IMG/VR virus record: IMGVR_UViG_2565956721_000001
DNA: 30,377 bases
Source: a virus
Taxonomy: Duplodnaviria; Heunggongvirae; Uroviricota; Caudoviricetes
Strand: one strand, 5' to 3'
Below, piece after piece: positions 20,885-28,887 of this stretch; within the stretch, counting starts at the first letter, position 1, and each line of letters begins with the position of its first letter. Under the pieces are notes generated by a model. The model made no database searches. It was not told the DNA's origin and saw only the letters and a program-made list of their open reading frames with translations. A program made the translations under genes and the position numbers.

Positions 20885-21006
20885 ACAGTGAGGCGTTGTG
20901 TGGCATACAACGCCTTCTTCCATCATTCCTCGTCAGCCATGACAAAAATATAACCGCTGGCTCTTTCATTTTTCTCCTGCTTCCAGCCCCTCTCTACCTG
21001 GAAGCA

Positions 21007-21333
21007 TCAAGGACGTGACGGCGTAAAGATAAATTGTCTCTTCACTCCCTGACAGGGGCGATTCTTTTCAAATCGCCATTTCGCCATGGCCTTCACCACT
21101 TCATCACGAAACAAATTATGAGGCTCTGAGCGGAGAAAAACGATCCGTGTCACAGTCCCATCAGCACCAATATCGAACTTAACCTCAACCAGCCCCTTGA
21201 TATAATTTGCTGCAGCATATTCCGGATATCGTGGATACACCGTCACTAATTGCCGGGGCTCATCAGCTTTTTGCTGCGAGCATCCCACTGCCAGGACAGA
21301 TAACAGAAAAAGTAGTAAAAGGCGTCTTTTCAT
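21007..21333 (-). CDS. lipoprotein with TonB C-terminal-like domain (109 aa)
   Basis: ATG at 21333 preceded by AGGA; signal plus lipobox MKRRLLLLFLLSVLAVGC; mature part has the TonB-C signature (YPRYPEYAAANYIKGLVEVKFDIGADGTV...AMAKWRF). Confidence 0.65.
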   Translation of the reverse strand: MKRRLLLLFLLSVLAVGCSQQKADEPRQLVTVYPRYPEYAAANYIKGLVEVKFDIGADGTVTRIVFLRSEPHNLFRDEVVKAMAKWRFEKNRPCQGVKRQFIFTPSRP

Positions 21334-21813
21334 TTTTATTCCTACGGGTCTTATTCTGACAATATATCCTGTGTTCCAGACTGCCACATCACCACATCCT
21401 GTGCCATTATCTGACTCACATTACATACATCGCATCGGGATACAGTAGTAGCACTTTCTGTAATACAGCTTCCTGTTTCTTCCACCATCGCACCGGGATA
21501 AACCCGCGAATCATTAACGCGGTAAAAACCCGGTGTGCATCGTTTTTAATTATTCCCGCACACTCACGCAGAAGGAATTCCCCGTCGGGCTACGGTCATG
21601 GTTAATGCGGGAATACGGCGACGATACAGCGCAGCTAAAAGGGTAATGGACGGATAGACCGGTTTATTTCATTCCACAGGATTCTGAGTGTCCCCAACTT
21701 CCTCCAATAGTCTGAGCCCACCTGTGTAGTTTTAATTTTCATCAATCCATTTAACTATCGTTTAATTGTTGTCACATAGGATTCTGCCGTTTTTAACAAT
21801 GCAGGATAATAAG

Positions 21814-22107
21814 ATGAAAAAAATGTTGTTTTCTGCCGCTCTGGCAATGCTTATTACAGGATGTGCTCAACAGACGTTTACTGTTGGAAACAAACCTACA
21901 GCAGTAACACCAAAGGAAACCATCACCCATCATTTCTTCGTTTCGGGAATTGGGCAGAAGAAAACTGTCGATGCAGCAAAAATTTGTGGTGGTGCAGAAA
22001 ATGTTGTTAAAACAGAAACCCAGCAAACATTCGTAAATGGATTGCTCGGTTTTATTACTTTAGGCATTTATACTCCGCTGGAAGCGCGTGTGTATTGCTC
22101 ACAATAA
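21814..22107 (+). CDS. bor: Bor lipoprotein (serum resistance; Iss family)
   Basis: 97 aa MKKMLFSAALAMLITGCAQQTFTV...EARVYCSQ, near identical to recalled lambda Bor; opposite strand to the late genes as in lambda. Confidence 0.9.
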   Translation: MKKMLFSAALAMLITGCAQQTFTVGNKPTAVTPKETITHHFFVSGIGQKKTVDAAKICGGAENVVKTETQQTFVNGLLGFITLGIYTPLEARVYCSQ

Positions 22108-22138
22108 TTGCATGAGTTGCCCATCGATATGGGCAGCT

Positions 22139-22600
22139 CTATCTGCACTGCTCATTAATATACTTCTGGGTTCCTTCCAGTTGTTTTTGCATAGTGATCA
22201 GCCTCTCTCTGAGGGTGAAATAATCCCGTTCAGCGGTGTCTGCCAGTCGGGGGGAGGCTGCATTATCCACGCCGGAGGCGGTGGTGGCTTCACGCACTGA
22301 CTGACAGACTGCTTTGATGTGCAACCGACGACGACCAGCGGCAACATCATCACGCAGAGCATCATTTTCAGCTTTCGCATCAGCTAACTCCTTCGTGTAT
22401 TTTGCATCGAGCGCAGCAACATCACGCTGACGCATCTGTATGTCAGTAATTACCGCGTTCGCCAGCGTCAGTTCTCTGGCATTTTTGTCGCGCTGGGCTT
22501 TGTAGGTAATGGCGTTATCACGGTAATGATTAACAGCCCATGACAGGCAGACGATGATGCAGATAACCAGAGCGGAGATAATCGCGGTTACTCTGTTCAT
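22139..22600 (-). CDS. Rz: i-spanin Rz
   Basis: 153 aa from [17 protein letters not shown]; its ATG overlaps the R stop; matches recalled lambda Rz. Confidence 0.9.
   Translation of the reverse strand: MNRVTAIISALVICIIVCLSWAVNHYRDNAITYKAQRDKNARELTLANAVITDIQMRQRDVAALDAKYTKELADAKAENDALRDDVAAGRRRLHIKAVCQSVREATTASGVDNAASPRLADTAERDYFTLRERLITMQKQLEGTQKYINEQCR
22198..22380 (-). CDS. Rz1: o-spanin Rz1 lipoprotein, embedded in Rz in the +1 frame
   Basis: 60-aa [27 protein letters not shown]...PPPPPAW, lipobox plus Pro-rich, fully inside Rz. Confidence 0.9.
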   Translation of the reverse strand: MRKLKMMLCVMMLPLVVVGCTSKQSVSQCVKPPPPPAWIMQPPPDWQTPLNGIISPSERG

Positions 22601-23094
22601 TGCTGACCCCACAAACAGATTTCACGCTCAATCTCACGACGAGTCATGAGACCTTTCCATTGCTTACCGCCAGCATATGTCCAGCGACGTAGCTGATCAC
22701 ATGCGCCTTTGATATCGCCCTGGTTTATTTTGCGAAGAAGCGTCGATGTTCTGAAATTACCAGCACCCACGTTGTAAACGAATGAGTAAAGAGCGCCGCG
22801 CATTGTTTCCGGTATATCGACTTTGATGTACGGGTTAATTTGTCTGGCGACCGTGGCAAGGTCTTTATTCAGGAGGGCTTTGCATTCTGCTTTGGTATAC
22901 GTTTTACCGAGCATGATGTCTTTTCCTGTATGCCCGTGACATACAGTCCATACACCAACAATATCTTTGTATGGTATGTAGCTGACACCTTCCAGACCAT
23001 CGTTACCACTTGGGCCAGTGATTAACACTGATGCTATAGCAATTGCTCCGCCACCAATAGCAGCAGCAACGGCTTTTCGTAATGATGGAGGCAT
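22597..23094 (-). CDS. R: SAR endolysin (phage-21-type lysozyme R)
   Basis: 165 aa; N-terminal Gly/Ala-rich signal-anchor-release segment [20 protein letters not shown] followed by a T4-lysozyme-like domain; matches recalled P21 R. Confidence 0.9.
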   Translation of the reverse strand: MPPSLRKAVAAAIGGGAIAIASVLITGPSGNDGLEGVSYIPYKDIVGVWTVCHGHTGKDIMLGKTYTKAECKALLNKDLATVARQINPYIKVDIPETMRGALYSFVYNVGAGNFRTSTLLRKINQGDIKGACDQLRRWTYAGGKQWKGLMTRREIEREICLWGQQ

Positions 23095-23309
23095 TATTCA
23101 CCTCTCGCAGCCTTGCGCTTATCTTCTTTAATCTTGAAATAAAGGTTTGTCAGGTACGTCAGCAGGCCAAATACCAGGCTACCCAGCACACCTATTGCCG
23201 CCCACTGTGAGGGCGTGACTTTATCGAGCAACTGTAAAAACCAGTACCCGGCACTACCTGCTGAGGTACCATAGGCGACACCCGTTGTTAACTTATCCAT
23301 GGATTTCAT
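23094..23309 (-). CDS. S: class II pinholin (S21-type) with dual-start motif
   Basis: 71 aa [26 protein letters not shown]...[11 protein letters not shown]; Met1 and Met4 give antiholin/holin starts; two TMDs. Confidence 0.9.
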
Positions 23310-23439
23310 AACCCCACCTCGCAGACAAAGCGGGTGTAAATTAAGGGGATACTACGTATCGCAATAAAGGCAGAAACGTAACAGATTCGGAGTCAGTGAA
23401 TAACTCAGGTATTGGGTTATCAGCTAATATCGAGACTCA

Positions 23440-23472
23440 AAAAATGGAAAAACCCGCTCGACGGCGGGTTTA
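23440..23472 (-). terminator. intrinsic terminator upstream of the holin (tR'-type candidate)
   Basis: Minus strand AAACCCGCC-GTCGA-GCGGGTTT followed by TTCCATTTTTT, about 140 nt upstream of the S start. Confidence 0.5.
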
Positions 23473-23897
23473 AGCTGTGTGACGAAGTAACCACTCTTAA
23501 CAGCATAACCAATTTTTTACGTACGTAAACTACTAAATGATATTTGTGAGAATGCCACCGAGTGTTCAAAACACCACCACAAATGCATAAGAAAACTTCA
23601 ACAAATAACCAGTTAATAATTTCCGATGTTATTTTTAGTTTGTTTAAATTAAGCTAAAGAATTATAGAGCACTTATAAATAAGTGCCATTAATATAAATT
23701 AGCTAATAGATTTATTTTTGTTCAGACAAGAGCCATGAATAGGATTAGATAGAAAAGGTTCAGATAAAAATAGAGATCTACTTCACAAATTAAATGAGAA
23801 ACTAAAACTTACATCTTGAAATAATCACATTGATTAGATGAATATTTATCGCGCAGTGACATCATTTTTTAATAATAGTTCAAAAAAAGGGCGTACA

Positions 23898-24980
23898 ATG
23901 AAAAAATTAACAGTGGCAATTTCTGCTGTAGCTGCATCAGTACTGATGGCGATGTCTGCTCAGGCAGCTGAAATTTATAATAAAGACAGTAACAAGCTGG
24001 ATCTATACGGGAAAGTTAATGCCAAGCACTACTTCTCCTCTAATGATGCAGATGATGGTGATACTACTTATGCCCGTCTTGGCTTCAAAGGTGAAACCCA
24101 AATCAACGATCAACTGACTGGTTTCGGTCAGTGGGAATATGAATTCAAAGGCAACCGTGCTGAATCTCAAGGTTCTTCCAAAGACAAAACCCGTCTTGCA
24201 TTTGCAGGCCTGAAATTTGGTGATTACGGCTCAATCGATTACGGCCGTAACTACGGTGTAGCATACGACATCGGTGCGTGGACTGACGTTCTGCCAGAAT
24301 TCGGTGGTGATACCTGGACCCAAACAGATGTGTTCATGACTGGTCGCACTACTGGTGTTGCAACTTATCGTAACAACGACTTCTTTGGTCTGGTCGATGG
24401 CCTGAACTTTGCTGCTCAGTATCAGGGTAAAAATGACCGCACTGACGTAACTGAAGCCAATGGTGATGGTTTCGGTTTCTCCACTACTTATGAGTATGAA
24501 GGATTCGGCGTGGGTGCAACCTATGCTAAATCAGATCGCACTGACGGTCAGGTCGCCTATGGTAAGAGCAAATTCAATGCCTCCGGCAAAAATGCGGAAG
24601 TATGGGCTGCAGGCCTGAAATATGATGCGAACAATATCTATCTGGCTACCACATATTCTGAAACTCAGAATATGACCGTTTTTGGTAATAACCATATTGC
24701 AAACAAAGCACAAAACTTTGAAGCAGTAGCACAATATCAGTTTGACTTCGGTCTGCGTCCATCTGTTGCTTACCTTCAGTCAAAAGGTAAAGACCTTGGT
24801 GTTCATGGTGACCGAGACTTAGTCAAGTATGTCGATGTCGGTGCTACTTACTACTTTAATAAAAACATGTCCACTTTTGTTGATTACAAAATCAACTTAA
24901 TTGACGATAGTAAGTTTACCAAAACAGCTGGTATTGATACCGACGACATCGTCGCTGTAGGTCTGGTTTATCAGTTCTAA
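23898..24980 (+). CDS. nmpC: outer-membrane general porin (NmpC/OmpD family)
   Basis: 360 aa from [23 protein letters not shown] (signal peptide) with AEIYNKD...LVYQF (C-terminal Phe), typical OmpC/OmpF-family beta-barrel; start preceded by AAGGG; AT-rich upstream region. Confidence 0.85.
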   Translation: MKKLTVAISAVAASVLMAMSAQAAEIYNKDSNKLDLYGKVNAKHYFSSNDADDGDTTYARLGFKGETQINDQLTGFGQWEYEFKGNRAESQGSSKDKTRLAFAGLKFGDYGSIDYGRNYGVAYDIGAWTDVLPEFGGDTWTQTDVFMTGRTTGVATYRNNDFFGLVDGLNFAAQYQGKNDRTDVTEANGDGFGFSTTYEYEGFGVGATYAKSDRTDGQVAYGKSKFNASGKNAEVWAAGLKYDANNIYLATTYSETQNMTVFGNNHIANKAQNFEAVAQYQFDFGLRPSVAYLQSKGKDLGVHGDRDLVKYVDVGATYYFNKNMSTFVDYKINLIDDSKFTKTAGIDTDDIVAVGLVYQF

Positions 24981-24990
24981 TCTGACTTAC

Positions 24991-25028
24991 GAAAAAGATA
25001 TGTTGCGGGAGGCTTTGCCTCCGCAACA
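24991..25028 (-). terminator. hairpin just 3' of the porin gene, with U-tract on the minus strand
   Basis: TGTTGCGGGAGG-CTTTG-CCTCCGCAACA; the plus strand has an A-run before the stem and the minus strand a T-run after it, so it is a better minus-strand terminator (tR' candidate) than a porin terminator. Confidence 0.45.
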
Positions 25029-25116
25029 TATAAGTGGAGCCCTCAAGCCACTTCCTTTAGAAGCACTACCTTGCTTCTTACTATATAAACCTTCTGTTAT
25101 ATATTACCCTTTATTT

Positions 25117-25142
25117 TGGGGGCGTTTCCACGCCCCATTTTT
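25117..25142 (+). terminator. plus-strand intrinsic terminator downstream of the porin gene
   Basis: TGGGGGCGT-TTCC-ACGCCCCA followed by TTTTTAATAACTTTT on the plus strand. Confidence 0.5.
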
Positions 25143-25168
25143 AATAACTTTTAGTAAACAATTGCATA

Positions 25169-25552
25169 TCAATTAGAATTATTAGCAACGATATCCATAT
25201 CTAACCGGATATCTAATGCCATTAACATCCCTTCAATTATGCCCTCAGCCTTCTGTAACCTTTTCCCGATATAACCATCCGAGCAGCAATGCTTACTTGC
25301 CAGTGACATGAATGTCATACCACATACATAATAATCTACTAATAAATCGTGTAAATCGCTGTTGTTCTTTTTCAGACGGGCCATGCACCCGCAAATGATC
25401 ATCGCGTCATCGTCACAACATTGCGGGCGAGATTTTACTTTTGAAGGAATTAATCCCTTAAAACCGGCGGCAATGGACGACCAGGTCACATCTTCATGAT
25501 TATTAGCCGCCCACGCACCCCAACGCTCAAGAACCATCTGAATATCACGCAT
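25169..25552 (-). CDS. quuD: late-gene antiterminator Q (QuuD-like)
   Basis: 127 aa from [24 protein letters not shown] with a GGAG Shine-Dalgarno; Cys-rich ([12 protein letters not shown]); sits upstream of the lysis region after rusA/ylcG as in DLP12. The track ORF starts 5 codons earlier at TTG. Confidence 0.8.
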   Translation of the reverse strand: MRDIQMVLERWGAWAANNHEDVTWSSIAAGFKGLIPSKVKSRPQCCDDDAMIICGCMARLKKNNSDLHDLLVDYYVCGMTFMSLASKHCCSDGYIGKRLQKAEGIIEGMLMALDIRLDMDIVANNSN

Positions 25553-25637
25553 CAACTTACTCCACAAAAATCAGACCAGAACGCCAATTACAAGCAAAAA
25601 TCAACAAAACAGTATTAGTTGATTGTTATCTCTGACT

Positions 25638-25778
25638 TCATACTCCTGTTCCTGTCAGGGTTTTGGCGTAATTCTTCAGTATTCGGTAATCGGTCAAAAC
25701 AGAACCGAGGAAACGATATAAGCGCAGACGCCCCCAGCGGTGGCGAAGAAGTTCTGCCATATTAAACTCAAACATCAT
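25638..25778 (-). CDS. ylcG: small protein YlcG (46 aa)
   Basis: Hand translation [46 protein letters not shown]; its ATG overlaps the rusA stop (ATGA). Below the 60-aa cut-off of the ORF track. Confidence 0.7.
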   Translation of the reverse strand: MMFEFNMAELLRHRWGRLRLYRFLGSVLTDYRILKNYAKTLTGTGV

Positions 25779-26137
25779 TCATTCCCCATTTCGGTGATGG
25801 TCAGTTCCAGCCTCCCACCTTTGGTAACAGGCATCTTCACAACGCGGTAATCAACGACCTGAGCATCATCCAGCCAGAAACCTGCTTTAGTGAGTGCGTC
25901 AAAAGCGGCTTTTTGCAGATTATCCAGGTCACGGCGACGGCGATCCGGCATGTGGCACTCAATGCGGATTTTCACAGGCATAGCCAGGCCGATATCCAGC
26001 ATTGCGTTTTTAATGATTCGGGCGACGTTATCGCGGTATGCCTGCCCCTCTGCGCTGACGTGCGTGCGCCCGCGATTATGGCGGTAATAGCGATTATTGC
26101 TCGGAGGCCAGGGTAATGTGATGCTGTAGGTATTCAC
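25775..26137 (-). CDS. rusA: Holliday junction resolvase RusA
   Basis: 120 aa [37 protein letters not shown]..., matches recalled E. coli RusA; GTG start. Confidence 0.95.
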   Translation of the reverse strand: MNTYSITLPWPPSNNRYYRHNRGRTHVSAEGQAYRDNVARIIKNAMLDIGLAMPVKIRIECHMPDRRRRDLDNLQKAAFDALTKAGFWLDDAQVVDYRVVKMPVTKGGRLELTITEMGNE

Positions 26138-26262
26138 GCCTTAATAACCCCCTCTTTCAGCCACATAACCTGTGTTCTCGCCATACCTTCCAGCGCGCAT
26201 TCTTTTGCATATGCAGCATCGACTTGCTTGGCATGCCCTTTACCGGCAATCTTCTGTATGCG
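26134..26262 (-). pseudogene. ybcO: C-terminal fragment of a ybcO-like (DUF1364) gene, no start codon
   Basis: Frame reads ...[31 protein letters not shown] then stop, overlapping the rusA GTG (GTGA); an in-frame TAG lies 42 codons upstream. C-terminus matches my recollection of K-12 YbcO; N-terminal two-thirds absent. Confidence 0.5.
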
Positions 26263-26343
26263 CTAAACCTAGATAGAATCCACTCTGTGCACATTGAAGC
26301 CCGCTCTATGCTTTCTTTCAGGTATTGAAGGGATTGAGATGGG

Positions 26344-26691
26344 CTAAGCATTATTGGCCTCCTGCATCAGGAGAAAGACAATCATGGCGGCGCGGAGAGG
26401 TCTGGTATCAAATATTGGGCTTACGCCTTTTGCATCCACACACCATTCAGTTAACTGGTCTAAGATAGAAATCCTGTATTTCTCAATAATCGGCCATGAA
26501 GCGCTCGGATCATTGCAGTAGTCAGGCAAATGATTTAATGGCTCAAAAGTTGTATCAGCATTTCCGTAATACCATTTGTTGGTGTTATTCCCTGATGTTT
26601 CCGGTTTACTTGCCCAAAGGCCTTTAAAAATTATGTCTCCTACCATTCTGTTAATTTCAAAATCACTTAACTGTGAATAATCCATTGTCAT
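26344..26691 (-). CDS. nin-region protein of unknown function (115 aa)
   Basis: From [36 protein letters not shown]...[18 protein letters not shown]; its ATG overlaps the ninE stop (ATGA). The track ORF extends 12 codons upstream. Confidence 0.6.
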   Translation of the reverse strand: MTMDYSQLSDFEINRMVGDIIFKGLWASKPETSGNNTNKWYYGNADTTFEPLNHLPDYCNDPSASWPIIEKYRISILDQLTEWCVDAKGVSPIFDTRPLRAAMIVFLLMQEANNA

Positions 26692-26864
26692 TTCCTCGCA
26701 CGATATCTTAGCCACCGGATATCCCACAGGTGGGCTGTGTAATTGAAGGTTTTTACGTCAGATTCTTTTGGGATTAGCTTGCGTTTATTTCTGGAGCGTT
26801 TCGTTGGAAGGTATTTGCAGTTTTCGCAGATTATGTCGGTGATGCTTCGTCGCTGTCGTCTCAT
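26688..26864 (-). CDS. ninE: NinE
   Basis: 58 aa [29 protein letters not shown]...; ATG overlaps the methylase stop; matches recalled lambdoid NinE. Confidence 0.8.
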   Translation of the reverse strand: MRRQRRSITDIICENCKYLPTKRSRNKRKLIPKESDVKTFNYTAHLWDIRWLRYRARK

Positions 26865-27388
26865 GCAGCCCTCCTGACGCCCTGCCCGATCGCCATCAAT
26901 GCCGCTTTGGATACGGTAGTAAACATCCGTCGAGGACTGATGAACGGTCGCCAAATCAGCAGCATGGAGCCTTTGCTGTTTCCCTTCTTCTCCAGCCCTG
27001 TCGATGGTTCGATAAAATTAATCCGTCCATCAGTGATAATACGAACTTCGTCAACACTCTCCAGAGCCTTGCTGAACCATCCGACAGACATATCCTCTGG
27101 CACAAGCATCACTACCGTCTGTCGCTGTTGTATACACTGCTCAGCGGCTTTTTCCACCCACGGCCTGATATTGCTGTACGGTGGGTTATTCCAGATTGCA
27201 CCGTGGCTTACCCACTCAGAATTGAGCGCGTCGTCGTCCTCAGTTAGCCAGTGAGCGCACAGAGCATTTTTGTCGCTCGCTGCCGAATCCAGCCAGAATC
27301 CAAACTCAATATCCAGTGCATCAAAAAGCCAAAGCGGCGTTTGCCAGCAGTCCTTGTCGTGTGCTGGCGTATTTGATTTGATAGTCAT
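26861..27388 (-). CDS. orphan DNA N6-adenine methyltransferase (phage Dam family)
   Basis: 175 aa from [26 protein letters not shown]; catalytic-type motif NNPPYS; ATG overlaps the ninB stop. No adjacent restriction endonuclease candidate. Confidence 0.8.
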   Translation of the reverse strand: MTIKSNTPAHDKDCWQTPLWLFDALDIEFGFWLDSAASDKNALCAHWLTEDDDALNSEWVSHGAIWNNPPYSNIRPWVEKAAEQCIQQRQTVVMLVPEDMSVGWFSKALESVDEVRIITDGRINFIEPSTGLEKKGNSKGSMLLIWRPFISPRRMFTTVSKAALMAIGQGVRRAA

Positions 27389-27825
27389 GCAGCCCGATCT
27401 CCCCATCGCGCTTTCCATTCGAGAGCCAGTCGCGCTTCGTCTGACCACTTAACGCCACGCTCTGTACCGAATGCCTGTATAAGCTCTAATAGCTCCGCAA
27501 ATTCGCTTACACGCATCCTGCTGGTTGACTGGCCTATTACCACAAAGCCATTCCCGGCAAGGTTAGGAACAACATCCTGCTGCTTTAATGCTGCGGTAAA
27601 CACACACTTCCAGCTTTCTGCATCCAGCCAGCGACCATGCCATTCAACCTGACGAGAGACGTCACCTAAGCAGGCCCATAGCTTCCTGTTTTGGTCTAAG
27701 CTGCGGTTGCGTTCCTGAATGGTTACTACGATTGGTTTGGTTGGGTCTGGAAGGATTTGCTGTACTGCGTGAATAGCGTTTTGCTGATGTGCCGGAGATC
27801 GAATTTCAAAGGTTAGTTTTTTCAT
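27385..27825 (-). CDS. ninB: recombination protein NinB (Orf family)
   Basis: 146 aa MKKLTFEIRSPAHQQNAIHAVQQILPDPTKPIVVTIQERNRSLDQN..., near identical to recalled lambda NinB. Confidence 0.9.
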   Translation of the reverse strand: MKKLTFEIRSPAHQQNAIHAVQQILPDPTKPIVVTIQERNRSLDQNRKLWACLGDVSRQVEWHGRWLDAESWKCVFTAALKQQDVVPNLAGNGFVVIGQSTSRMRVSEFAELLELIQAFGTERGVKWSDEARLALEWKARWGDRAA

Positions 27826-27840
27826 GACTTCCCTCTCCCC

Positions 27841-27872
27841 CAAATAAAAAGGCCTGCGATTACCTGCAGGCC
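27841..27872 (-). terminator. intrinsic terminator between ren and ninB (tR2 position)
   Basis: Minus strand GGCCTGC-AGGTAATC-GCAGGCC followed by TTTTTATTTG, in the 73-nt ren-ninB gap. Confidence 0.65.
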
Positions 27873-27898
27873 TGTTATTAGCTCAGTGATGTAGATGG

Positions 27899-28189
27899 TC
27901 ATCTTTTAACTCCATATACCGCCAATATCCGTTTCATCGTGGCACTCTGGCGACACTCCTTAAAAATCAGGTTCGTGCTCATCTTTCCTTCCCGTTCTTC
28001 CTTGGTAGCAAACCGGTAATACACCGTTCGCCAGACCTTACCTTCGATAACCAGAAGACCTGCCCGTGCCATTTTAGCCGCGGCCTGATTTATGCTGGTT
28101 ACTGTTGCGCCTGTTAGCGCGGCAACGTCCGGCGCACAGAAGCTATTATGCGTCCCCAGGTAATGAATAATTGCCTCTTTGCCCGTCAT
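27899..28189 (-). CDS. ren: Ren protein
   Basis: 96 aa MTGKEAIIHYLGTHNSFCAPDVAALTGATVTSINQAAAKMARAG..., matches recalled lambda Ren; ATG overlaps the P stop. Confidence 0.9.
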   Translation of the reverse strand: MTGKEAIIHYLGTHNSFCAPDVAALTGATVTSINQAAAKMARAGLLVIEGKVWRTVYYRFATKEEREGKMSTNLIFKECRQSATMKRILAVYGVKR

Positions 28190-28887
28190 ACACTTGCTCC
28201 TTTCAGTCCTAACTTAGCTTTAATTTCTGCGATCTTCGCCAGCGCCTGAACACGATTTAGAGGTCTGCCGCCCATGACAGGAAGTTGTTTTACTGGTTCA
28301 GGTATCGTCTCACCACGGTTAATTCGCGCTGTCATACAGGTCAGTTCATCGGCAGCCTTGCGTCGTAATTCCGCGTCAGTCAGCGCATTGGCCCGCATGT
28401 TCTGGTACAGGTTGGTAACCAGCCAGTAGTGCGCGTTCGATTTCCACGGATAAGACTCTGCATCCGGATACAGGCCTCGCTTCCGGCAATACTCGTAAAC
28501 CATATCAACCAGCTCGCTGACGTTTGGCAGTCCGGCGATAACGGATGCTTCTTCCCGGCACCATGCAACAAACTGCCCGGGTGATGGCAGAAATGGTCGA
28601 TTCTGCCGACGGGCTACGCGCATTCCTGCGTTAACCTGTTCCATTGTGGTGATCCCGTTTTCCCGGAAAGCCAGAACCCACTGGCGGCGGATTTCGTTCA
28701 GTTCGTTCTGGTCACGGTTAGCCAGACTCGCCGGGAAAGTTGCCAGTAACTGGCTGAACACACCGTTGATGATCTGCGCTACCTGCTGTACCTGCGGCTT
28801 TTCGTCGTACTGTTCCGGCATGTTGTTGGCGATCCGACGCATCTGCTCACGGTCAAAATTAACCATCTGTGCGGCGATGTTTTTCAT
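28186..28887 (-). CDS. P: replication protein P (DnaB helicase loader)
   Basis: 233 aa MKNIAAQMVNFDREQMRRIANNMPEQYDEKPQVQQVAQIINGVF..., near identical to recalled lambda P. Confidence 0.95.
   Translation of the reverse strand: MKNIAAQMVNFDREQMRRIANNMPEQYDEKPQVQQVAQIINGVFSQLLATFPASLANRDQNELNEIRRQWVLAFRENGITTMEQVNAGMRVARRQNRPFLPSPGQFVAWCREEASVIAGLPNVSELVDMVYEYCRKRGLYPDAESYPWKSNAHYWLVTNLYQNMRANALTDAELRRKAADELTCMTARINRGETIPEPVKQLPVMGGRPLNRVQALAKIAEIKAKLGLKGASV

Noticed and set aside
21766-21813. N-terminal extension of the bor ORF in the track (113 aa)
   Set aside because: Bor begins at MKKML (21814), matching lambda Bor; the upstream 16 codons lack a canonical start and ribosome-binding site.
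26157-26351. 64-aa minus-strand ORF between the unknown nin gene and rusA
   Set aside because: It overlaps the ybcO-like fragment in a different frame; the ybcO frame carries the recognisable protein sequence, so this ORF is probably a frame artefact of the junction.
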